From Candidatus Eiseniibacteriota bacterium (GTDB taxonomy: Bacteria; Eisenbacteria; RBG-16-71-46): a stretch of DNA of 12,282 nt. Position 1 is the first letter of the stretch, and the number at the start of each line of letters is the position of its first letter. Below, piece after piece: positions 7,001 through 12,282 of the stretch. Location: assembly GCA_031366795.1 (NCBI GenBank), contig JANLOX010000088.1:1-12282 (forward strand), in the 5' to 3' direction. Made by a program: the position numbers and the translations under genes. The notes below the pieces were generated by a model. It worked only from the letters and a program-made list of their open reading frames with translations, did no database searches and had not been told where the DNA came from.

Positions 7001-9965
7001 CGGCATTGCGCACCATCACGCCGTAGGTGTTGTAGCCGAGTTGCAGGTCGAGCGTGGCGTGGAACAACCCGGTCGTGTCGGCGAAGAACTCGCGCTGGTC
7101 CAACTGCACGAGGTTGCCGGGCGCGGTGCGTCCGACCAGCTGGCACGTGCCGACCGGCTCGCTACCCGCTTCGTCAGCGCCACTGCTCAACCGCAACGCG
7201 CCGGCCGTAACGCCCGGAGCCAGCGGCGCCACGCGATAGGGCCCCTCATTTGCGCCGAATGCCACGCGCTGCGTTCCCAACGGCTGCAGGATTTCCACAT
7301 CGGGCAGCGGCACGGCCGAGTGAATGACGCGTCCCGCGGCATCACGCACGAGGATGTCGATCCGCTCGACGCTCGCCGGAACCTGCGTGGCGAAGCGGCC
7401 GCCGGCATCGATCGACAGCGTGTCACCATTGATCTTCACCAGCGGTTGGCGGCGCTGGCGGTCCGTGATCTGCGCTTCCTGGCGATCGACCATCTTGCCG
7501 TGGATCTCGACGCGACGGTTTTTCTCACGCCCCGCTTCCGTCGCATTCGTCGCCACCGGGCGCGCCTCGCCGTACCAGCGCAGCACGAGCCGGTCCTTCG
7601 GGATCTGCTGCTCGTCGGTGAGGAAGGCCGCAGCCGACTTGGCTCGCGCTCCGGACAACGCGAGGTTCAACTCCGCCGGACCCACCGAGTCGGTGTAGCC
7701 CTCGATGAACACGGTCTCGCCCGGATGGCGACGGATCAGGTCGGCCACCTTCGTGAGCGCCTCACGCGCATCCGCGCTGAGCACCGCGTTGCCGCTCTGG
7801 AATGCCTTGCCGGTCATGGTGAGCGCGATCGTCGTCGAGCGGTCGACGCCGAACGTGCGCACCGGACTCGAGGCGCGAATGCCGTCGCGGTAAAGCAGCG
7901 ACAACTGGTACTGGTGGAGCTCCCCGCCGCTCAGGCGCGTGCCGTCGTTCTTGACGCCATCCCACGTGACGGCGCGCGGCGGCGGTCCTTCGCCTTCAAA
8001 GGTGCGTTCGATGTCTCCCTGTGCGCCCATGATCGTGAAGGTCCAGGAGCGGATGAACTTGGGATCGTTGGCCGAGATCTCGAAGCGCAAGGGGCCTGCC
8101 AACTGGCGGTCCTTGATCTGCACCGATTCCGAGAGGCCCGCGATCGACAGCCTTACATCGCCGTCCGGCAGCGTCAGCAGGTCACCATTGAGCAGCAGCT
8201 TCGGGCCTTCGACCGTGCCGACGAGCATGGCCGGCTCGGGCGTGGCTTGGCCGGCGATCTCGAGCCCGGGCATTGCAGGCCTGCCCGAGCGCAGGGTGTC
8301 GCGAACCATTTCGATCCCGAAGTTGGCCTTGGCCAGCAGACCCGGGCTCACGGTGACAAGGCGTGTCTGCTCGGTCGTGGCATGCGCCACCCCCGGGATG
8401 CTCGCCACATCGATCTTGACCACGCGGTCGCCCGGGCGAATGCCCGCGATGTGGTAGAGCCCGTGGTCGTCGGTGAGCGCGTAGGTGCCATCATCGAGTG
8501 CCACCTTCGCCCGCGCGACACCGCCTTCGTCGCGGCCCTGGCGGCCGTCGCGATCATGATCGTCGAATACGCGGCCCACGATCGTGCCGAGGCCAAACAT
8601 TTCATCCACGCGCACGCGCACTCCGGCTTCGCCCGCATTGGAGAGCAGACAGGCATCGCACACGTCACGCGCAATGGCGACGTTGCGGTAATACCCAGGC
8701 GTCGCCCCCGAGCCGACGACGAGCTGGTAGCGCAGCGTGACATAGCCGGGCTCACCCGGATCGGCCTGGCCGTTGGCGTTGGCATCCACGAATGCCGGCA
8801 CGGTGCCGAGCACGAAGGTCAGGGGTCCTGACCCCAGCGGGTCGGCCGCGTGGACGCCGTCCACGGAGGCGGAGCCTCGCAGGTACTTGAAGTCGGCGGG
8901 CGGCTGGTCCTCAACGCGAACGTTCGACACCGGCCACGCGATCGTGTTGCGCAGCACGACGGTGTAGTTCACGACATCGCCAATGACCACCTCGGCGCGA
9001 TCGGCGAGCTTCTGCAGCAGCAGCACTTCGCGCTGCGTGAACGCCACGGTGGGGTGCATGCCGACGGTCAGCGCGTCGCTGGTATCGCGCGCGGAGATCG
9101 TCGAGATGCCCGCGAGGTTCGAGCGGATCGTGCCCGTCACCCTGCCGGCGCTGTCGGTGAACGCCACCGGCTGCGCCAGCACGTCGGCCGCGCCGCGGTC
9201 GGTGGTGAACACCACGCCGCGGCCGGGCAGCGGAATGCCGGTGCCATCGCGCACCGTGGCGGTGATGGTGCTGAAGGCTACGCCATCCGAGAAGACGACC
9301 GGCGGATTGACAGTCACGGTCGATTGCGTCGTGTCCGGCAGCGCGTAGACGCGCACGGTCATGCTGTTGGCATCCGTCGCATCGCCATCGGCATCACCGA
9401 TGGTGGAGGCGCGCGTGCCGCCGATGCTGACGGTTGACGAGCTGAAGTCCGCAATGCCATCGATGCCGGGAACGCTCGCCGACACATTGATCTGGAGGTG
9501 TGCGGTCGTATCCGCGAGCGGCTGGCCGAAGCGCACCGTCACGGTGGATCCCGCAACCGTGGCACAGTACTGGCCGGAACCGGGGTTGGGGCAGCGGGCG
9601 CTGAGCGCCACACCGGAGACCGTGACGGACAGCACGGCGAAATTCGCGTAGCCCGCAGGTGCCGTCAGCGCCACCTGGTCGAGCGATGGATCGGACGGCA
9701 GCACCGTCGCGAGCAGATCCCACGTGAACACGTTGCCCGCGCTGCCTGCGATCACGCGCGTCGGCGCGATCTCGGCGGTCGATGCCACACCGGGCACGAC
9801 CTGTCGGGTGAGTGTCACCATGGCTTGTGACGAATCGAGCGGCACACCACCGGAGACACCGGTTGCGGCGTTCGATACGCTTTGTGCGCGCACCGGCTGC
9901 GCGGACGCAAACAGCAGCGCCAGCAGCAACGGAATCTTCCAACGCATCAGCTTGAGGGAGCGCAT
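4053..9965 (-). CDS. Giant secreted outer-membrane protein: Ig/Big_1, DUF11, SdrD-B-like, FlgD-Ig, OmpA-like, Ig repeats, large C-terminal beta-barrel
   Basis: Sec signal peptide ending VRA|Q. Big_1/invasin-like domain ~9039-9340 (STITATVRDGTGIPLPG...TDSAGRVT). Complete DUF11 ~8605-9030 (LQK...VNYTVVLRN...EDQPP...YRNVA). SdrD-B-like ~8310-8590 (IVGRVFDDHDRDG...EGG). FlgD-Ig ~7850-8095 (VTWDG). OmpA_C-like ~7498-7825 (IEGYTDSVG...NLALSGARA...GEARP...NRRVEI). Alternating amphipathic strands from ~6670 to the C-terminal GWFVRAQGRY (aromatic beta-signal). Confidence 0.9.
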   Translation of the reverse strand: MRSLKLMRWKIPLLLALLFASAQPVRAQSVSNAATGVSGGVPLDSSQAMVTLTRQVVPGVASTAEIAPTRVIAGSAGNVFTWDLLATVLPSDPSLDQVALTAPAGYANFAVLSVTVSGVALSARCPNPGSGQYCATVAGSTVTVRFGQPLADTTAHLQINVSASVPGIDGIADFSSSTVSIGGTRASTIGDADGDATDANSMTVRVYALPDTTQSTVTVNPPVVFSDGVAFSTITATVRDGTGIPLPGRGVVFTTDRGAADVLAQPVAFTDSAGRVTGTIRSNLAGISTISARDTSDALTVGMHPTVAFTQREVLLLQKLADRAEVVIGDVVNYTVVLRNTIAWPVSNVRVEDQPPADFKYLRGSASVDGVHAADPLGSGPLTFVLGTVPAFVDANANGQADPGEPGYVTLRYQLVVGSGATPGYYRNVAIARDVCDACLLSNAGEAGVRVRVDEMFGLGTIVGRVFDDHDRDGRQGRDEGGVARAKVALDDGTYALTDDHGLYHIAGIRPGDRVVKIDVASIPGVAHATTEQTRLVTVSPGLLAKANFGIEMVRDTLRSGRPAMPGLEIAGQATPEPAMLVGTVEGPKLLLNGDLLTLPDGDVRLSIAGLSESVQIKDRQLAGPLRFEISANDPKFIRSWTFTIMGAQGDIERTFEGEGPPPRAVTWDGVKNDGTRLSGGELHQYQLSLLYRDGIRASSPVRTFGVDRSTTIALTMTGKAFQSGNAVLSADAREALTKVADLIRRHPGETVFIEGYTDSVGPAELNLALSGARAKSAAAFLTDEQQIPKDRLVLRWYGEARPVATNATEAGREKNRRVEIHGKMVDRQEAQITDRQRRQPLVKINGDTLSIDAGGRFATQVPASVERIDILVRDAAGRVIHSAVPLPDVEILQPLGTQRVAFGANEGPYRVAPLAPGVTAGALRLSSGADEAGSEPVGTCQLVGRTAPGNLVQLDQREFFADTTGLFHATLDLQLGYNTYGVMVRNAAGATRLVNLLLTVANEDAGGKLLIAVDRQPDLTVALPPVDAPLMSDTYPISGVTNPGNHVRVNGQDVPVRVDGSFHYSAPLPRGSSHMLIQAIDQTGQISTLERDVVRVPQKLFFLGLADGTLGQLRGKGFVDGAGRLANTGFYADGRLAYYLKGYVAGKYLVTSAFDTRTSGFEKILVDVDDNTNDRLLTNLDPDRLYPVYGDSSSMVYDAQAQGRFFLAVESDEFQALVGNYAMSLNDTELSGFQRTLYGARVQYHSVSRTRYGQPRTTIALLGAEASQVHVRDELRGTGGSVYYLSHPDLVEGSEQVSLAVRDATTGLVIARMPQRRNMDYTVKYREGRILFSRPVASVLDDGSLVSTTLLPGSPVTIEIDYETSIQGLDRSATGGHVQQHLGDHMALGGTYLKDDVGVGGYELHGADAELRAGRNSRISGELASSNGASSRVYSSLDGGVSFQEQTPNGLKEGKAWKAAADLDVGEWFGAPDRAMLKAYVKRVEHDFFSNGSTQDRGTQKAGVSANVGLTKHDKLGAHFDRDEQFRSPADTVANGRVSNLAALSFAHDAGRWGFGTEFQARSFEDAVRRMTDRSSYGTGSVWFKPSARLSARLEQQSTFGGPRNDQGRASLQYQLTQHLALDARGVTGSLGNSLQGGATFATGGGRSVYVNQRLTDDTHAHTAATVLGAQTPFGRGSRAYSEYQWEQAAAGSRRISLIGLQQQWQRGAGTTLFASGEYGQTQAVAGATRRSALAGGFAWSPQEDLHVSSRAEWRRDHGALERRQVLWTDHAESRLTDNLVVLGDFRYSRTRDLVSGRDEARFQEHALGLAYRPLTSDRINGVARYTRLDEMGPSVGADSSHAGTLMDVFAAEATVDLNAMVQWSGKGALRAMRERSQGSPEARTRTSLMLSRVSTAVRGPLRFGVEYRVLGQREAHDRRQGWLNELTYDLTRNMRVGGGYNFTDFSDSEFSRNDYSVRGWFVRAQGRY

Positions 9966-9966
9966 G

Positions 9967-10584
9967 TCAGTTGACCCTCACGCGGAAGCGAATCGCGATG
10001 CGCGTCATGGGCGGAATGAGCCCTGGCTGGTTGGCCTGGCCTGTGACGCCGCCCACAGTGAGCCGGTCTCTGCCTAAGGAGCCTCCGGAGTCGACGATTG
10101 AAGCAATATCGTCGGGAGCTCCCGTGTCATCGGTGAGAGGTGTCCACGTGGCGTTCCATACCGCTGCGTCGCTCGAACCGCTGGCCACCGTGGTGACGGC
10201 GAGCGAATTCGGGACGTACGTGAACTGCGACTCGTTCAACGGGTCCGTCAGTTGCAGATCGTCGATCGGGTACGGTGTGGCGTTATCGACGTACAACACG
10301 AAGTACAGGTCCTGACCTGCGGCAACGCTACCGCCACCGGGCAACACCACTCCCCTCAGATCACGCGCCTGTTTCACCAGGGCAAGATCCGTCACGTTAA
10401 ACGTGACCAAGGCCGGGCCTGTGCCGTCGCCGCCCAGGAGGGTGCCGTTGTCGGTTCCGCCAATACCGCCCTTCACCGCATTCGTCGCAGCGTGGGCCGG
10501 CACTGATCCGGTCAACAAAGCCCATCCCAAGAGCACGAATAGCCAGTACTTCAGCCGTGCCAGGGGTGTGTTAGTGCAGGTCAC
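9967..10584 (-). CDS. Secreted DUF11/isopeptide-type fimbrial-like subunit (putative minor pilin)
   Basis: GTG start; signal peptide ending AHA|A; DUF11 pattern LALVK...FVLYVDN...LTDPLN...FTYVPNS; ends AIRFRVRVN. Clear paralogue of 10673-11254. The start codon is less certain because there is no obvious SD. Confidence 0.85.
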   Translation of the reverse strand: MTCTNTPLARLKYWLFVLLGWALLTGSVPAHAATNAVKGGIGGTDNGTLLGGDGTGPALVTFNVTDLALVKQARDLRGVVLPGGGSVAAGQDLYFVLYVDNATPYPIDDLQLTDPLNESQFTYVPNSLAVTTVASGSSDAAVWNATWTPLTDDTGAPDDIASIVDSGGSLGRDRLTVGGVTGQANQPGLIPPMTRIAIRFRVRVN

Positions 10585-10613
10585 AGTCGTTCGATACGCT
10601 CGTTAAGAGTCTC

Positions 10614-10660
10614 GCGTGCATGCACGGGCGCGAAGGATTCGCGTCACAGCATCCGCACGC
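10614..10660 (-). promoter_or_regulatory. Long imperfect intercistronic stem-loop downstream of the first operon gene (mRNA stabiliser or partial terminator)
   Basis: mRNA-sense GCGTGC-GG-ATGC...CGCGAA-TCC-TTCGCG...GCAT-GCACGC. Outer arms 10655-10660/10614-10619 and 10649-10652/10620-10623; inner hairpin 10629-10643. No U-tract follows. Confidence 0.5.
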
Positions 10661-10672
10661 AGCCTGACGTCG

Positions 10673-11254
10673 TTACTGAACCTTCACGGTGAACAGCACA
10701 GCCCACACCTTGCTCGCCGGAACCGTGACCAGACCGTTACCCGCAGACGCACCCGCGCTGATGGTCGTGCCCGTGATACCCGCCACGTCCGCACCGCTCA
10801 CCGCATCGCTCAGCACCGCTGCCGCATTCGCTGCCGCAAAGATCGCCGCGACCGTCGAACCGGTGTTCACGGTGTTGCTGACACGGATCGTTCCCGGCTG
10901 GTAGACGAACGCCGCGTTCAGCGCATCGACCACGTTGACCGAGTCGACCGGGACGGCCGTCGTGTTGTCCATGTAGATGAGGAACTTGACCGGCGTGCCC
11001 TTGGCGACCGTCGTGTTGTTCGCGATCGGCGTGCCGTCGGTGAGGAATGCCGCCTTCACGAGCGACAGCTGCGTCGAGTTGATGGTGAAGATGTTCGAGG
11101 TCCCGAGGTTGGTGGCGTTACCGGCGATATCACCGCTCGCCTGGTTGTCCGCCGCGAACGATTCGTGCGGCGCAAACATCACGGACGCGACGAGAACGAG
11201 ACTGGTTGCCGCGATAAACTTCGCGACGCGAAGGGACCACGTGTGCAACTTCAT
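10673..11254 (-). CDS. Secreted DUF11/isopeptide-type fimbrial-like subunit (putative major pilin), 193 aa
   Basis: True start is most likely the ATG at 11254 (MKLHTW...), preceded by GGAGGAG. Signal peptide ends SFA|A. DUF11 pattern LSLVK...KFLIYMDN...VVDALN...FVYQPGT; ends AVLFTVKVQ. Ala/Thr/Val/Asn/Gly-rich and beta-rich composition. Confidence 0.9.
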   Translation of the reverse strand: MKLHTWSLRVAKFIAATSLVLVASVMFAPHESFAADNQASGDIAGNATNLGTSNIFTINSTQLSLVKAAFLTDGTPIANNTTVAKGTPVKFLIYMDNTTAVPVDSVNVVDALNAAFVYQPGTIRVSNTVNTGSTVAAIFAAANAAAVLSDAVSGADVAGITGTTISAGASAGNGLVTVPASKVWAVLFTVKVQ

Positions 11255-11258
11255 GCTG

Positions 11259-11265
11259 CTCCTCC
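11259..11265 (-). promoter_or_regulatory. Strong Shine-Dalgarno site of the putative major pilin
   Basis: Minus strand reads GGAGGAG-CAGC-ATG. Confidence 0.8.
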
Positions 11266-11477
11266 GAGTTAAGTGAACGCTCATCAATGAGCGCCGTGTG
11301 AAACACCAAATGACGGAACGCGTCGCAGTGACGCGCGCCCGCCCAAAGCAGAACTGAAATTCCCCATGCGCGAATGCACGACAGATCGCGCGACACTCGC
11401 CGCGAGCCACGGAACCGCACATGGGACTACCGCAAACTGTTATCGGCCAGAGGGATGGGGGTTCTGCACCAGTGTCT

Positions 11478-11567
11478 GGGGCCGGCGGCAGGGGGCGGCT
11501 AGGGCTATGGGGGGCAAGGGTATGCGGGGGGGGGCGGGGGCGACTGCGGTGGAGCGGGCGCCGGGGG
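11478..11567 (+). repeat. G-run-rich low-complexity tract (potential G-quadruplex; includes G9) in the divergent intergenic region
   Basis: G runs: G4 11478, G5 11491, G3 11502, G6 11509, G3 11518, G9 11526-11534, G5 11536, G3 11556, G5 11563. Confidence 0.6.
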
Positions 11568-11616
11568 CGGTCTATGCTCGTCGTCCCCCAGTCGTTGGAT
11601 AAACAGGCGTGACCTC

Positions 11617-11622
11617 GGAGGA
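11617..11622 (+). promoter_or_regulatory. Shine-Dalgarno site of the divergent gene
   Basis: GGAGGA, 8 nt before the ATG at 11631. Confidence 0.75.
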
Positions 11623-11630
11623 ACTCGGTG

Positions 11631-12282
11631 ATGCGCGTGAGCTCGCTCGTAGTGAGCGCCCTGTGCGGAATGGCGCTCTCGGCCGCCGCGTCGACAGCAA
11701 TGGCGCAGATCGGGCCGCCTGATCCCGCAAGGACCACATTGCAGAGTCAGTACATCGCGGTCGTCGGATCCACCAACGGCACACCCGATGCGTGTGGCGA
11801 TACCCGCTGCGGCAACTTCAACGTCACGGTTCGCGACTACGCCAACAACGTACTGCCTGGCATCACCGTGACCATCGACTTTTCGGCTTGCCCGGATATC
11901 CAAATCGCGTGCGATCAATTGACGGCGACCACGGGGCAGACTTATCTCGGCGGCGGAAAGGTCAGCGGCGTCACGAACTCTCTCGGCCAATTTACGTTCC
12001 GCGTGATCGGCGCATCGAATGCCGTGCCGACCAGTTCGAACACGACCTCTCCAGGTTCATTGATGAACACGCCGTGTGCGCAGGCGTATGAGGGCGGCGA
12101 GGCGCTCTCGCCGGTTTTGATTGTCGCCGCTTACGACGTGAATGGACTCGGCTCCCCCAACGCCGCGGTCAACGGAGCAGGCGCGTCGCTGGTCGGCGCG
12201 GAAGTCGTGAAGGTCGGGCTCGGCGCGACGCCACATCCGCGCGATGACTACAACAACAGCAACAGCGTCACCGGCCCCGATG
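11631..12282 (+). CDS. Secreted Cys-containing Ig-like protein with dockerin/EF-hand-like C-terminal motifs (partial, runs off window)
   Basis: Open frame from the ATG at 11631 to the window end, missing from the ORF track: MRVSSLVVSALCGMALSAAASTAMA|QIGPPDPARTT...FNVTVRDYANNVLPGITVTIDFSACPDIQIACDQ...GVTNSLGQFTFRVIG...AAYDVNGLGSPNAAVNGAGASL...RDDYNNSNSVTGPD. Has an SD and a signal peptide. Confidence 0.88.
   Translation, partial: MRVSSLVVSALCGMALSAAASTAMAQIGPPDPARTTLQSQYIAVVGSTNGTPDACGDTRCGNFNVTVRDYANNVLPGITVTIDFSACPDIQIACDQLTATTGQTYLGGGKVSGVTNSLGQFTFRVIGASNAVPTSSNTTSPGSLMNTPCAQAYEGGEALSPVLIVAAYDVNGLGSPNAAVNGAGASLVGAEVVKVGLGATPHPRDDYNNSNSVTGPD

Noticed and set aside
8649..8660. CDAC as a haem c site
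   Set aside because: It reads CxxCL, not CxxCH.
6741..8831. 696-aa plus-strand ORF (also 3669-4742 and other small overlapping ORFs)
   Set aside because: Antisense or out-of-frame shadows of well-supported genes, with Arg/Ala/His-rich composition and no domain signal.
11255..11630. Sigma-54 promoter or c-di-GMP riboswitch upstream of the operon
   Set aside because: TGGC...TTGC at 11432-11449 (minus strand) has the wrong -24/-12 spacing, and I see no c-di-GMP riboswitch consensus by eye.
11255..11737. 161-aa N-terminal extension of the 10673-11737 ORF
   Set aside because: Pro-rich read-through of the G-tract that overlaps the divergent gene; the SD and signal peptide place the start at 11254.
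1..12282. CRISPR array, tRNA or rRNA
   Set aside because: No regularly spaced repeats or RNA-gene signatures seen; nearly all of the window is protein-coding.

Overview
High-GC bacterial window. Most of it (816-11254, minus strand) is a tightly coupled five-gene operon. In order of transcription it encodes: two paralogous small secreted DUF11/isopeptide-type proteins (193 and 205 aa); a giant 1970-aa secreted protein (Ig/Big_1, DUF11, SdrD-B-like, FlgD-Ig, OmpA-like and further Ig domains, then a ~870-aa predicted outer-membrane beta-barrel); a membrane-anchored FecR/FN3/Ig protein; and a HAMP sensor histidine kinase. The main observation is that both small proteins look like circularly permuted DUF11 domains. 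They lack the last two strands, which carry the isopeptide Asn, and instead have an equivalent segment at the mature N-terminus. The same segment occurs as an orphan at the mature N-terminus of the giant barrel protein. This suggests (inference) a chaperone-free, donor-strand-complemented, possibly isopeptide-crosslinked pilus/fibre with its own translocon/anchor and a trans-envelope signalling module. The left end (1-777) is a degenerate ISAzo13-family IS inserted just downstream of the kinase. The right end is a divergent, partial secreted Cys-containing protein with dockerin-like Ca-binding motifs; it resembles proteins I recall from Ca. Eisenbacteria-like genomes (tentative). All domain calls are by eye from motifs; no searches were run.
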